Part shown: piece after piece, positions 13,461-27,009 of the stretch
Layout: every line of letters starts with the position of its first letter
How positions within the stretch are numbered: position 1 is the first letter of the stretch
DNA from: Utricularia gibba
Taxonomy: Eukaryota > Plantae > Magnoliophyta
Direction: 5' to 3'
Length of the DNA stretch: 64,000 nt
Assembly: GCA_002189035.1 (NCBI GenBank)
Contig: CM007989.1
Coordinates: 5,146,001-5,210,000 of the forward strand
Made by a program: the position numbers and the translations under genes
Notes under the pieces: generated by a model
The model's input: the letters and a program-made list of their open reading frames with translations, nothing else
Told to the model about the DNA's origin: nothing
Database searches by the model: none

Positions 13461-14895
13461 TGTTAGGTTTCTCGTAGACATCGTATGTCTCAAAAGGAAT
13501 TTTAAAAATTTTGAGAAACCCCCAACGCAGATCTTGGAATATGGTATACATCAGACATAGGGATGTTCAAAGTACCTTTCAGATGACTCCGTTGTTCACC
13601 AACCGCCAATAACAGACGGCCTCTATGGTATCCACACGTGGAGCACTCCGTCGATAACCTTCTCAAGGCTCTTGAATGCTGGTCGAATTTCTCAAGTGCT
13701 AGTAGAGAAAAACGCCTTCTTGTGGATTAATCTCAGAGAGCACGAAGACCTTGGAGCAGATCTCAAGATCTAAATCTTTTTGACAGATATTTTTTGACAT
13801 ATCAAATCATATCTATATGAGATCTTTTATTTTGAGTTTAATCTCAAAATAACTCGCTATTTAATTTATCCACCTTACCAATTACATCTCATGTAATTGT
13901 GTCATTCTATTTTATATCAATGAGTGACTCCACTATTGTGTGTGACCCTATAGGCTTCTTCAATCAAGGCCGTAATAATGGATTTATTAATTAACTCTTA
14001 ATTAATCAAATCCATCATTATCGATCATGAGTGATGTCTAGCAACATATCATGATCCTCAAGATTAAAGAATAATCAGGTGAACTGATTGAGCCTTTCCA
14101 TGACCAGCCACCATGCAATGAACAGCTTTCATCATACTTATATCTCATTCGATACCAGAACATGGGTGTGTGTCTTTCTGATGTATCGAACTTATAATTG
14201 CATTCAGCACTAACACTCAATGACCTACTCAAACAATTCGAGTGTCATTACCTTGGGCCCAGGACTTACTGTTAGACTTTGATGTAATTACTTGAGATAT
14301 GATCTCATTGCTAACATGAGTGATGAATCCTTTATTGATCAATCAACTATCTCCAACCTTAAGGAGTCACATCCCTACTCATCCATACTAGGCAAGCCAT
14401 GGTTAGGCTCCCATTAGCGATGAGCGATAATGTGAGCTTAAGATCAAGATAACTTTGTTGACCTCAAGTTTAAGCTTACTTACACGGCTGTCATATTTGA
14501 GATCTTGCTACTAACACTTGGTTAGCTTCCCATAGTAGCATCTCGAAGATGAGTCATCCAGTGAATCGATTCTCTAATCGACACCCACACATAGGTTCTA
14601 GTAATCTCATTACATCAATTGTGAGAACCATTGCCTAAATTGTTTAGGGAACTCAATGTGTGCCAGCTTATCCGTATTTGTGATATCCTCATTTCACAAA
14701 TACTCTAGCCAGAGAGTTTTAACTTGATCATGAGTGCTTGAAGAATCTCACATTATGATCTCATCATAATTTCTATAGCACATAGATCAAGTAGAGGATT
14801 TTATCAATGATATAAATTTGATCACAATTCAAAGTAAAGATCAAAAGATAAGATTTGCCAATGAGTTGATTGTCTCTAGAACACATACACTAACA
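13461..14895 (-). mobile_element. Angela-type Ty1/copia 3' LTR (family D)
   Basis: TGTTAG...CTAACA termini, preceded on the minus strand by PPT CAAGTGGAGAT (14896-14906) and the RNase H end; homologous to 57776-58854 and 61383-62324. Confidence 0.85.
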
Positions 14896-14908
14896 ATCTC
14901 CACTTGTA

Positions 14909-15105
14909 CTAGAGCCAATCATTGATGTATCTCATACCAATGGACTCTATGTGTATCTCATGTACCTTCTGTGGAAGCATCTTTGTAAGTGGATCTGCTA
15001 CATTCTCCTTTTTGTCCACTTTCTCAATTCTGACATCGCCTCTACCAATGATCTTTCTGATCACATGGTAGCGTCGAAGCACGTGTTTTGATTTCCGATG
15101 TGGGT
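14909..15105 (-). pseudogene. Angela-type copia RNase H C-terminus
   Basis: HRKSKHVLRRYHVIRKIIGRGDV...ENVADPLTK...IGMRYINDWL*; the upstream part is replaced by family B LTR sequence. Confidence 0.85.
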
Positions 15106-15544
15106 AAGTAAACATTACCCACAGTGTGCTCATTTCAAAGTCGAATACCAGAAAATAAACAAGTAAGTAATGCGAAATGTCAACAGAAACTAGAAACATC
15201 GCTAGCTACTCTTAGCTAAGAGTAATATTCTTCGAAAATAGAAAATAGTCTTGTAGCTTCAGCTTCGTTCCTGTTTGTCTTCCTCCTTCTTCCTCCTCAG
15301 AAAAAATCTCCAGAAACTTGTTCGAGAGTCTCCAATGGGGAGATCTACCTTCTCTCTCCATCTTTTCCCCCTTTTTGTCCAAAATCTCCCTTTTTCCTCC
15401 TTGGATTTTGTGTGTACCACTTTTCAGACTTTTGGACTGATCTTCTGCTACTACACTGTGCATATTCGGCTCCTTGGGATTTGTGTTGCGACTTGCACTG
15501 CATTGCTCGAATAAAACTTTTAAAAGGTTGGGACTAAATCGTAG

Positions 15545-16212
15545 ATGTGGCTGGCTCCTTGTTCTCTTTGGTGCTTCTTTGTTCTGCTCCTTATTCTCTT
15601 TGCGACCAGATTTTGGTCTTCCTCTTCCTCCCCTACTGCTGTAGTAGTAGAGGTGGCTGGCTCCTCACTTTCTGCTGGAACTTGTTTTGCTTCCCCAGCT
15701 TCAGCTTCCTTTTCTTTAGTGGGTTGCTCTGCAATTTTTGGGATTCCTTCCACTTCTGCTGGTGCAATTTCTTCTTCAAGTGCAGTTTGCGTGGTGATTT
15801 CCTATGCTTCCTCTTGCCCTTTCTCCCCTTCTCCTTTTTCTGGTACACAATCTGGGATGGCTCAGTAGATACTTCTTCAACAGCCAGTTTCCCTTTTCCT
15901 TTGTAACTCCTCTGTAATTCCCTCAATTTTTGCTGAAGGTTAGGGCTGCTGGGTGCCTTCAGTCGTGGACTTCTTCATTCTACCATAAGAGGTTTTGCTA
16001 TTTCTTGAGAAGGAGTTCCACCTAAATTCACTGCATGCAGGAGAGCATCAACTCCCTAAAACTGCTCTTCTCCACCATTTACAGCCTTGTTTTGTTCCTG
16101 GGTAGGAGCAATTCCAACATCCTCCCCAGTTTTCTTGTTCTTACTGCTCTCTGATGTAGCTTTCTTGCTGGGTTTTGCAGCGGCAGTGCTCTGGTGTTGG
16201 AGTTTTGTAGGC
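15545..16212 (-). pseudogene. Extra ORF downstream of pol (K/E-rich, unknown function), disrupted and 3'-truncated
   Basis: MPTKLQHQSTAAAKPSKK...F*GV...E*RSPRLK...KGKGKL...; a frame change leads to EGIPKIAEQPTKEKEAEAGE...; same strand as pol. Confidence 0.55.
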
Positions 16213-16553
16213 ATCTTGCTAGCTTTTCTCTCTGCAATTCTCAGGAGTAAAGTGAAACGTTTGAAACAAAATGAACGTTACAAGGAAATTTACCCCCAAA
16301 TTCCTCAAGGGTTTGAGGGTAAATCTGTAAAATCTTGAAAGTTAGTTGCGACCCCTGTACGTTACTTTCCTGTAACCGCAATGTAACGCCCTTTTCTGCA
16401 ACAGGAACACAATAAAGACTTTCCAAAATGATTCCTAGCTAAGTCTAAAAATGCAGAAGTAAAATGACGGAAAATAAAACTAATAGAAAATAAACTTGGG
16501 TTGGCTCCCAAGAGTGTCCTTTTTTCAGTCTTGGACTAGACTTTCAGCAAATT

Positions 16554-19500
16554 CTACGTTGTTTCTGTGTCCCTTAGGACAAGAACTTCAGCTTCTTTCG
16601 CCAACCTGTTTTGAAGATTTTCATAAAAAATCTTCAACCTATATGCATTCACAAGAAAACTTGTGTTTGTCTCTCTATCATAGACCTCCATTGTTCCGTT
16701 TGGGAAAACTTCTTTCACTACAAATGGTCCAATCCAACGAGATTTGAGTTTCCTTGGATGTAACTTCAGCTTGAATTGAAACAGCAACACTTTCTGACCA
16801 ACTCCGAAGGACCTCCTAGAAATATGCTTGTCGTGGTAACTTTTAGTCCTAACTTTGAATAACTTTGAGCTTTCATAAGCATCATTTCTCAGCTCTTCCA
16901 GTTCTAAGAGCTACAGTTTTCTTTGACTTGCACTAAGACTTTCATCAAGGTTTATCCTCTTCACTTCCCACCAGGCCTTGTGCTCTAACGCAGTAGGTAA
17001 CCTGCAAGGTTTTCCATAAACTAACTTGAATGAAGAGGTTCAATTGGTGTTTTATATGCTATTCTGAAGCGTCCCTTAGTCTCAAACTCCAATCCTTCCT
17101 GTTTGGGCTCACCACTTTCTCCAAAATCTATTTAATCTCTATATTTAATACCTCTCTATCACTGATCAGTGCCTTGGTAGTCCCATATCTCACAAAAATG
17201 TTGTTACGCAGAAAATTAATGACTATCTTGGCATCATCTATTCTCGTGGGAATGGCTTCAATCCACTTTGAGACGTAATCAACGGCCACTGAAATATAGT
17301 TGTAGCCTGTGGAAGTGGGAAATGGCCCCATAAACACAATGCCCCAAACATCAAATAATTCACATACCAGGATTCCTTACTGAGGCATTTCATCCCTATT
17401 GGATAAATTTCCCACTTTTTGAAATGGCTCACAACCTTTGCAATAAGCATAACAATCTCTGAAGATGTAAGGCCAGTAGAATCCACAGTCCAAAATTTTT
17501 CTGGCTGTACGGTTTGGTCCATGATGGCCACCAAAGGGTCATACATGACAAGATTTCATAATCTTAGGAATTTCAAACTCATGAACACACCTTCGAATGA
17601 CGCCATCATTGCATCTCTTCCAAAGGTAGGGATCATCCCAAATATAATATTTGGCGTCACTCTTCAGTTTGTTCTTCGTGTGATAATCAATTCCTGGTGG
17701 CATCACTCCTGCTGAAACAAAGTTAGCCAAGTCTGCAAACCACGGTTCACAAATATTAGTCCTAACTAAGGATAATTGTTCATCCGGAAATGTTTCAGTG
17801 ATAGGAATATCATTCTTAATCCCTTCCATCCTGCTAAGATGGTCAGCGACCATGTTCTCCTTTCCAGGCCTGTCTTTAATTTCAACATCAAACTCCTGAA
17901 CAAGGAGAACCCATCTGATCAACCGTGGTTTGGTCTCCTTCTTCTCCATCAAGTGTTTTACCACCAAATGGTCTGTGTAGACCACAACTTTGCTCCCTAA
18001 AAGATAGGAACGAAATTTCTCCAAAGCAAAAATCACAGCCAAAAATTCCCTTTCGGTCACAATATAATTTTTCTCGGCATCATCTAAGTTTTAGAGGCAT
18101 AGGAAATAACATGATGTTTCCCTTCAATTTTCTGTCCTAAAACCGCCCCTACACCATGACTACTAGCATCACACATAATTTCGAAGTCATACCTCCAGTT
18201 TGGTGGTTGTATCACAGACTCTTTCAAACAATTAAAAGCATTTTTGCATGAATCATCAAAAATAAGTTCCACATCATTATGCAAAAGTCTACTAAGAGGC
18301 AAAGCAATCTTAGAAAAATTCTGAATAAATCTCTTGTAAAAACCAACATGCCCCCAGAAATGATCTCACACCCTTAACGTCAATTGGATACGGTAACTCA
18401 GTCATAATTTTGATTTTTGCTTTGTCTACCTCAATACCTTTCCTAGAAATAACATGGCTAAGCACAATTCCATAATCAACCATAAAATGGCATTTTTCAG
18501 AATTAAGAACAAGATTTTTTTCAACACATTTTTGCAATACTTGATCAAAATGGTCTAAACATGACTCATAATCCTCTCCATACACTGTAAAATTGTCCAT
18601 AAAAATTTCAATGAAATCTTCACCAAAGTTTGAGAAGATGCTGGTCATACACCTCAGGAAGGTAGCAGGGGCGTTACATAACCCAAAGGGCATCTTTCTA
18701 TAGGCATAAGTTGTCTTGATCCGTACCTGAAATTGCAACTTGGTTATATCTAGAATAACCATCTAAAAGGCAATAGAAAGATTTTCCTACTAATTTTTCG
18801 AGCATTTGATCAATGAAAGGTAAAGGGTAATGGTCCTTCTTGGTCACTTCATTCAATTTCCTATAGTCTATGCATACTCTTCACCCATTTTTAATTCTTT
18901 GTGGCACCAGCTCTCCTTTCTCGTTCTCCACCACTATCATACCTGTCTTCTTGGGCACCACATGGATTGGACTCACCCATCCGTTGTCTGTAATTGAATA
19001 GATAATACCTGCATCATGAAGTTTGACAATTTCTTTCTTTACTATTTCCATCATGTTTGGGTTGAGGCGCTTTTGTGGCTGGCGAACAGGTTTTGCTCCA
19101 TCTTCTAATAGAATCTTGTGCATACATATAGAAGGAGAGATGCCTTCAATATCTACAAGAGTCCAGCCAATCGCCTTCTTGTTCCTGATCAGCACGTCCA
19201 ATAGTCGCAACTCTTGGTCTAAGCTAAGACTATTTGAGACGATAACCAGGTTGTTCATTTCTTCATCCAAGAATGCGTACTTCAGGTGTGTGGGCAGTGG
19301 CTTCAACTCAACTGTCCTCTCTTCTAGGATCTTGACTTGCATAGCATTCACTTGTTCTGACCCTTTTTCAGCTTCCAGTCTTGCCAAAAATGATTCCTCA
19401 TGCTCTTCTTCCTTCTCTTGAATGGCCTTCTCAAAATGTTCCTCAACCAATTTATCCATCACATCCATTGAGCATACTTCCTTCATGTCCAACGTGATTT

Positions 19501-21410
19501 TCTCTTCATCAAAAGATAACTCAATTGCGCCCATCTTCACATTAATTATGGCATTGAAAGTGCTCAAGAATGGTCTTCCAAGGATGATAGTCGTATCCCT
19601 TGAACTTCTAGATGACATATTCATCACATAAAAGTCTGCTGGAAACACTAGCTGCTCAATGTTTACAAGAACATCTTGAACCAAGCATTTTGGAGAAATA
19701 ACTCTTCGGTCAGCAAGCTTAATTTGCACTCCTGAGGCTTGTAGAGGTCCTAACTTGAGAGTCTTATATACAGAAAAAGACATCACGTTTATAGAGGCTC
19801 CCAGGTCAGCCATTGCTCTCCTGATGTTTAGGTCACCTATTTTGCAAGGAATAAAAAATGTTCCAGGATCCTTGCATTTTTCAGGTAGCTTCACTCAGCT
19901 TCACCTTGCCTTTTTCCTTCAGTTTTGTCTTTGACATACAGAGCTGCTTCAGGTATTTCACGCGTTTGGGCACCAAGTCAATATACTCCAGTAATATCAA
20001 ATTTAATTGGGTATTTCTTAAGGCTCTCAACATTTTTTCTTTCTCATTTTGCTCCTCTCTCGCTGTCAGCCTTCCTGGAAATGGTGGTGGGGTCACTTTT
20101 ACCATGAGAGGCTCATTAGCAATCTCCACTTCTTGTTCTTTAGCATCTCCTTCCACCTCAACTTCATATTCTTCTCCCATCGCTAAATTACTCTTAGGTT
20201 GAACTAATTCTCTTCCAGGTTTTTCTTTTCCGCTTCTCAATGTCATTGTGCTGATATTTTGTCCTCCCCAAAGTCGGGATTCTGTTTGGCTTGCGACGGT
20301 AGGCTTCCTTTTTGCTTCAGTTCCTCAACCTCTGTTGCTAGCTGAGTAACTTGAATTTCAAGATTCTTGATAGCTTGTTGGTTCTCAGCTTGGTTTTAGA
20401 TTGATTGGGTCATAAAAGTCTTCAAAATATCCTCCAATGAACTTCCAGAATTTCCTCTAGAATTATTCTGGTTTGGAGGCTGAACTTGTTGTTGCATCTG
20501 CTGGTTTGGCTTGCGAAATGGTGGAGCTTGATAAGAACATTGCTGCTGCTCCTGGAAATTTTGCTGAAATACTTGCTGTACAGCAGATGAACTTTCACCT
20601 TTGTAAGAATTATCATTGTTACTCCATTTGAAATTTGGATAATCCCTTCATTCAGGATTGTAAGTGCTCGAATAGGGATCATATTTCTTCCTTTGTGGTT
20701 CCTGATATCCCATTACCTTCACATGTTCTTCCTCCATCAATTCGGGACATTTATCAGCAATGTGTCCCATCCTATGGCAATTCCCGCAAGGCATATTCTT
20801 AGCTTGGAATAAAAACAGTTCCTTTATCATCTCAGACATGGCTACCACATTTTTCGTCAACTCGCTTTCTAATGACTTTGGCTTACATTCCAGCTCATAA
20901 ACCCTTCTGTTTGAGGCCTGTTTTCTAATCATGTGCCTGGAATGTTCAACCAACTCCTCAAGTAATGCAAGAGATTCCGTGGGAGTTTTTTTTCTCAAAA
21001 ACCCACCTGCTGCAGAATCCACCTTGGCTCTATCCATGCATAGAAGACCATCATAAAAATACTTGACCAATGCATTGGTCTAAAATCCGTGGTGTGGACA
21101 GGAGCCTAGCAGGTGATTAAAACGCTCCCAATATTCATGTAGAGATCCTCATCTTTTTTGCTCAATGTCACTGATCTCCTTTCGTATCCCTTCAGGCTTG
21201 GAAGCAGGAAAATACTTGCTGAGAAACACCTTCTTCATCCCTGACCAATCCGTGATACTTCTAGGCTTCAAAGAGTTGAACCACGTTTTTGCACTTTCTT
21301 CCAGTGTAAATTGGAATGTCCTCAAACAGATGGCATCCTCAGTCATCCCAGCACTCTTAAAGGAGGTACTAACAGCAGTGACATATTAATGCAGAACTAC
21401 GATGGGATGC
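16554..21410 (-). pseudogene. Athila-type gag-pol pseudogene (gag, CCHC knuckle, protease, RT, RNase H, integrase)
   Basis: gag FQFTLEESAKTWFNSL; knuckle CGNCHRMGHIADKC; protease AMADLGASINVM; RT WVSPIHVVPKK and FIEIFMDNF (catalytic DD altered to DN); RNase H CDASSHGVGAVLGQ and [10 protein letters not shown]; integrase GPFPTS..VDYVSKW and KLKSRWIGPF. Many stops and frameshifts. Confidence 0.93.
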
Positions 21411-21834
21411 AGTAAGGAAAAGTAACCAGAAAGCAAACAAGTAGGTAATGTGAAATGTCATCAGAAACTAGAAACATTGCTAGCTACTCTCAGCTAAGAG
21501 TAATATTCTTCAAAAATAGAAAATAGTCTTGTAGCTTCATCTTCGTTCCTGTTTGTCTTCCTCCTTCTTCCTCCCTAGAAAAAATCTCCAGAAACTTATT
21601 CGAGAGTCTCCAATGGGGAGATCTACCTTCTCTCTCCATCTTTTCCCCCTTTTTGTCCAAAATCTCCCTTTTTCCTCCTTGGATTTTGTGTGTACCACTT
21701 TTTAGACTTTTAGACTCATCTTCTGCCACTACACTGTGAATATTTGGCTCCTTGGGATTTGTGTTGCGACCTGCTTTGTATTGCTCGAATAAAACTATTA
21801 GAAGGTTGGGACTAAATCGTAAATTTAGTCATAG

Positions 21835-22910
21835 AATGCTCTCACTCATATTTAAGTCAACCTCTCCCTCTTTTTTGAAAACATGCTACGGAGATGATTC
21901 TCGTACCTAGCATATGTGTTTTGGACACATCAATTTTGAGAGTCTTGGAAGATTGATTAGAGCTTAGATGGTTAATGACTTACTATATATTTCACGACCA
22001 AATCAAATCAGCAAAGGTTGTGTTTTTGGAAAGTAAGCATAAATGCAAATTCCTAAGATTTCATGGTGATATTTGTGGTCCTATTAAATCTTGTATCTCG
22101 GGAAATAACAATACTTTCTTTAATTTGTGGATGATTATAACAGAAAGATGTGGATCTATTTGATGAGAAGCAAGTCTAAAGTCTTTGAGAAACAAAATGG
22201 ATTATATATTGAATGTTTGAGAATAGGCAGAGGGGGTGAGTTTAATCCTAACCAATTTATTCATTATTGCAAGGAGCTTGGAATACATAAATCAATCGCA
22301 ACCACTAATACCTCAACAGAATAGTATTGGTGAAAGAGGAAATAAACAGTATGATACGATGACTTTTGACAACGAAAAACATGCCAAAAGAGCTTTGGGA
22401 AGAAGCTGTTGCTACCTCAGTATATATTTTAAATAGAACTCCTACAAGAATTGTGGTAGACATGACTCCACAAGAGGCTTGGAGTGGGATCAAACCCTTT
22501 GTCTCTCACATGTGAATTTTTGAATCAATTGCCTATGCTCATAAATCAGGTGATGTGAGAAGTAAGTTGGATTATAAATCCCAAAACTTGGTATTTCTTG
22601 GATATGATCAACACTCAAAGACTTACATGTTGTTTGATCCACTTAAAAGGAAGATTTTATTAAGTAGAGATGTTTTCTTTGATGAAGCTGCAATCTAGGA
22701 TTGGAAATCTTTATGAAAAACTGCAATTCATATTGCTATGTTGACTCGGAGTGGCTGGAATCTGGTGTTGAAGATGATTATGGTGATGTTCCTTAATCCG
22801 AAGGCGGCTTAGTAACTAACACTAATGCTTCTAGTACTGCATCAGCATTACATACAGAATGATGGATGAGACGAATTCCATGAAATCTTAATGATTATGA
22901 CATCGACCTT
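21835..22910 (+). pseudogene. Ty1/copia GAG-pre-integrase and integrase remnant
   Basis: GHINFESL; HGDICGP; DDYNRKMWIYL; GRGGEF; PQQNSIGER; MPKELWEEAVATSVYILNRTPT. Frameshifted. Confidence 0.8.
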
Positions 22911-22924
22911 TCATCATCATTAAT

Positions 22925-24250
22925 AAAAGGGGGAAATGATGATATGTTATGTGAAGTATGTTTTACAATCTCTATAACTATAGTTAGGCATAATATCTCT
23001 CTAATGGTCATGGTTATGCATAGAATCAATAAGGGATAGGATCCAACTGTGTATGGAGATTATTAACAATAATCAATAAAAGTGATACGTGTGCTATCTA
23101 AAGGCAAAGCCACATGGCAACCTTAGGTTAGAGGAGATGCCAACTCATGTACTTGTATTAATACCATTGTTGAGTGTGTTTTCTTTTAACTTTTAAAGGG
23201 TGTTCTTCATATTTTGTAAACTCGTCTTTCTTCATTTTGTGGTGTTCAAAAATCCATATAGAGTCTCTAAAATCTTTTTGAATTAACCTTAATGGTTTCA
23301 CTTAAAGATTAAGTGCCTATGTTGGTTGTTTTTCAAATGAATTTTACACTTTGTATATGATTCTTTCAGAACAAATGTAGGAAACATTTAAGTTCCTTTT
23401 TTATATGCTATGTAATTATATCTTAGAAAATGGTAAGGGTGTGGACCCACACTCCTAGCAATATGGTTTTAACCATAGGATATAAGAATAATTATGTCAC
23501 ACATGTCTGACGCATGCATATGAGGTCAAGGAAATAAGAAAGATCAAGAAACATGTTGTATGCATGCTATGGTGTTAGTTTAGATGTGGTGGTTGGTTGG
23601 TGACCCTTCTAATCACTACTGATGAACTTAGATAATGCATGACTCACTTCTTAATATCTAGAGGTAATGCGTAAATCAAAAGGTCAATGGATTTGGACAA
23701 AATAAGTTATGGTACTCACAATGTGATTATGTTTTCTTACTAAAATCCTATTCTCAAACTCTCTTTATTTTATTCATTCATGTGTATATTTTATCAAATT
23801 ACAGTAACATGATCAACTTCATGTTTTAAACTTGTTCTAGGTGTGGAGGGAAATAGCTAAAGGTCAGGTGATCAATCAAAGTACGAGTGTGCTTTTCCAA
23901 GCTATGGAGAGCTTCTTAGTGGCTCCATGATACCAAGCTACATGTAAGATGTGTCCTATGTAGGCTTGTTGTAGTTTTTGTGCATGTTAGGCTGGTAATG
24001 TGACAATATATATGTAAACAAACCTTAAGTTCTTCCAAATGTAAAATAGAAGATTGAGGTTGCCTTAAAGTGTTTGGTTGCTAGCACTTGGCAGTCATGA
24101 CACTTGACTCTTAGGTCCTAGGCATGGGTAATGACACTTATGTTTATTCATGGATACTAAACTTTTGGATTTTTCCGATACTAATCAATATGCAGAATCG
24201 AGGAAAGAAACAAGTGATGAAATTCATTTGATAAAGAAGAGTCAAACTTA
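22925..24250 (+). repeat. Possible SIRE-like LTR remnant
   Basis: Preceded by catcat...aaaagggggaaat, resembling the SIRE polypurine tract. The interior is LTR-like but has no second copy here. Confidence 0.3.
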
Positions 24251-24257
24251 GAGCTTG

Positions 24258-26680
24258 TGTCAAGACCCAAATTCATACTTTATGAACTTAGGCCCTAATG
24301 TCATGTTTCCAAAGAAAGAACATAAGACCTTATTATCCGATCAACTTAAACTCATAGATAGATTGGATACAGTTTGATGAACATTACATAGGAAGAAGTG
24401 AATCAAAAAGAAAATAATTCACATAATCATTGTAAATCATGATGTGTCCAACATGTTTAGTTTAACTGATTGGTCTCCCTACATAGACTCAATGTTTAAA
24501 GGACTCACAAAGTCAATTTAAAAACATAAGAACTAGATTGCAGGTGAGTTCCACTCCAAAGGACCAACCTAGGCCTATAACCAAGATGCACCAAAATGGC
24601 CGACAGTGAGATCCCTTCTCCTATGACCTGAACCACAACACTCAATCTTGCCTTTCTCGTTCATTTCTTGGAATAATTACTAGTCAGGCACTGAATGCAA
24701 TACATAAAATCAAGAATGCCATGTAGAGCAAGTATGTAACTGATAAACAAAAATTCCTAATAATTGTTGCGAGAAATGAAATCTTCATATCAAATAAATT
24801 TATAAGCTTTAATCCTCATAAAATACAAATTAAAAAAATGTAAAGTAGAATTTGGAGTCGATCACAAGGAGCTGGTGCTTGCAAAGTGTTTTAGTAGATA
24901 CAGAATTCAGAATAAACGTTGTTCTTAGTCTAAGTTAAAACCAACACTAATAGGCAAGTTTAATGCATAAAATCAAATCTCACCATGAAAACTAACAAAT
25001 ATTGGTTCTAGTACAAAGTAATACTAAGATGCATCAACAGTATGTAGGTGATGTGGTACTAAGGTTCCTAATTTAATTTACAAAGTTTCTCTACTCATGA
25101 CTCCAAACAACCTAAGTCTATCCAGGTCATTCATCTTGTTTTTGACTAAAATAGTCCCTAATATCATCATCGACATCGCAATTAGGTCTACTCGCATTCA
25201 AAGTATATAGCACTAGGTATATTCTGTTCTACTGGTTCTAACCTAAACTAATATCTACTATTCCCACCTCTATTTGTTGGTCTACCTTTAAATCAAGTAT
25301 TTGAGTTGTAAAGCCACTTTTTCCCCTAGTAGGTCTACTCAAGAATTGATAGAAATAAATGCTAAGAAACAATGACAAATTATATTATAAAACTTAAAAC
25401 ATTCAGCAAACAAAAAGAAAATAATGAGTGTTCTGATTCCCATCTGCTACTGTTCATGGCCTGGAACAATAGCACTAAATTGGGTCTTGGTGGTGTTCTT
25501 GAGGATGGGAGTCTTCTTCATGAGAATTTCCTTCTTCTCCTCTTTTGATCGGTGTTCGTATTGTTGAAGGAGCCCCTCGTCACCATTGAAGCTCTCAAAG
25601 CTCCCTTTTTGTGATTCTCTCGCCTCCAAAATTATCTTCTCTTTCATTTACCAAGTCAAGTACGATCTCTGGTAGCTCTACTACTCTTACCCCAGACTTG
25701 CAGATTGCCACCATGACAGTGCACTCATTGTTCCTTCCTTCATGTTACTTTTTCTCTACAACATGATGCTTGTACGAAATCCATATTGTCTACTTTGAAT
25801 TTTGAGACTTGCTGCAAGACTCAAAAGAGGGTTAATCACATGGGATAGGCTAAATCGAAGGATTTAGCCAATTTGCACACAAATTTCACATGTTCCCTAA
25901 GTTTTGGAAAAGCATTCTAAACTATAAACAAAACAACTAAAACATAATAAAAAATCATAATTTTGTTATCATAAAATAGGAAAATTTGTGTGCTATCAAT
26001 AACCGTTAAGATTAAAAGTTCACTAGGTAATATGAAAAATAAGCAATAGCATCTAATATATCATGAGTCCATTAGCTATGTGATCATTTACGTGCATGGT
26101 TGCACCCCCTTGACCTCCTTAATGTCTGTTTGGTTTCGGCCTCATGAAATTAGTAGAGGGGTGCCACTCCCTTTATCCTTTTTCTCTTTTTCTATTTTTC
26201 TTTTCAATTCCTCAACCTCATATTGTCTAGTGGTTAAAACTTCATTAGGAGTTGCCTCAAGCATACTTGACATGCATCCATAGCTCCCCTATAAGTTTTC
26301 TACTTCAAAGCATTGTCCCTCAATCTCATGATATATCATGATACATATGGATACTAGGTTATATGTCATGGGTTAGAAGTTGCACTCAAAATCTAGAAGT
26401 TGCACTCAAAAACCAATTTTCGGGGCTTAGGAGATTTCAAAGGTTTAATAAACAAACTCATAACTTCCTGCTCCAATCTCCATACCGATAACTTCTCTTT
26501 AAAATATAATCAAAACATAAAGAGATACTAAAGTCTTGTTAAGCATACTTCATAAATCATAGCCAATTAACACATAAAAATCATAAAATACATAGAAAGT
26601 GATGTAAGCACATATTTGCATGTAAAACACCGAGTACAAATTCAAAATCCATCATCCCGCTTACCCTTATCCGAATCAAC
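24258..26680. repeat. Family E LTR-like repeat (probably chromovirus-type gypsy), interrupted by a family C solo LTR
   Basis: Starts TGTCAAGACCCAAATT; collinear with 60211-61100 on both sides of the 24741-25998 insertion. Right end uncertain. Confidence 0.6.
24741..25998 (-). mobile_element. Solo LTR, family C
   Basis: TGATAAAC...GCTATCA; TSD GTAAC (24736-24740) / ATAAC (25999-26003), one transition; removing it restores continuity with the 60.2-61.1 kb repeat. Confidence 0.88.
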
Positions 26681-27009
26681 TCCTTCTAAAGCCAAATCCT
26701 TCATATATGGCTTTGATATAGACCTGCAAATTTCCATGATTTTGGCATTGCTACACAGCTCTGAGTAGTCTTAATTTCATAATGGTATCACTATCAATAA
26801 ATCTCCCTTCGACCCCACGTTTTCCTCCTTTCAAATGTTTTCCCTTTCATTTATTGTCTCTTCATAATGTTAGTCATGCTTATCTATAATTTCTCTAAAT
26901 GAGATACACATCATCACCTGATTAATACACACAGCAATTTTGATTCTGCAAGAAGCGCATGTCTGATCTTCCTTTGCTCTATCTTTCCTTTGCTTCGTAT
27001 TCCAATCCT

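Larger units (their letters stand above)
15110..21830 (-). mobile_element. Internally deleted Athila-type Ty3/gypsy element with truncated family B LTRs
   Basis: Two ~400-bp family B LTR fragments (15110-15543, 21425-21830; ~94% identical by eye) flank gag-pol and an extra ORF. No PBS, PPT or TSD retained. Confidence 0.88.

Noticed and set aside
15212-15463. Recurrent ORFs such as MHSVVAEDQSKSLKSG (also 6642, 21490) and the ORFs in the F and D LTRs
   Set aside because: They recur only because they lie inside repeated LTRs; ends and frames differ between copies.
26374-26411. 20-bp tandem duplication TAGAAGTTGCACTCAAAA(TC)
   Set aside because: Real, but an ordinary slippage or repair duplication inside an LTR-like repeat.
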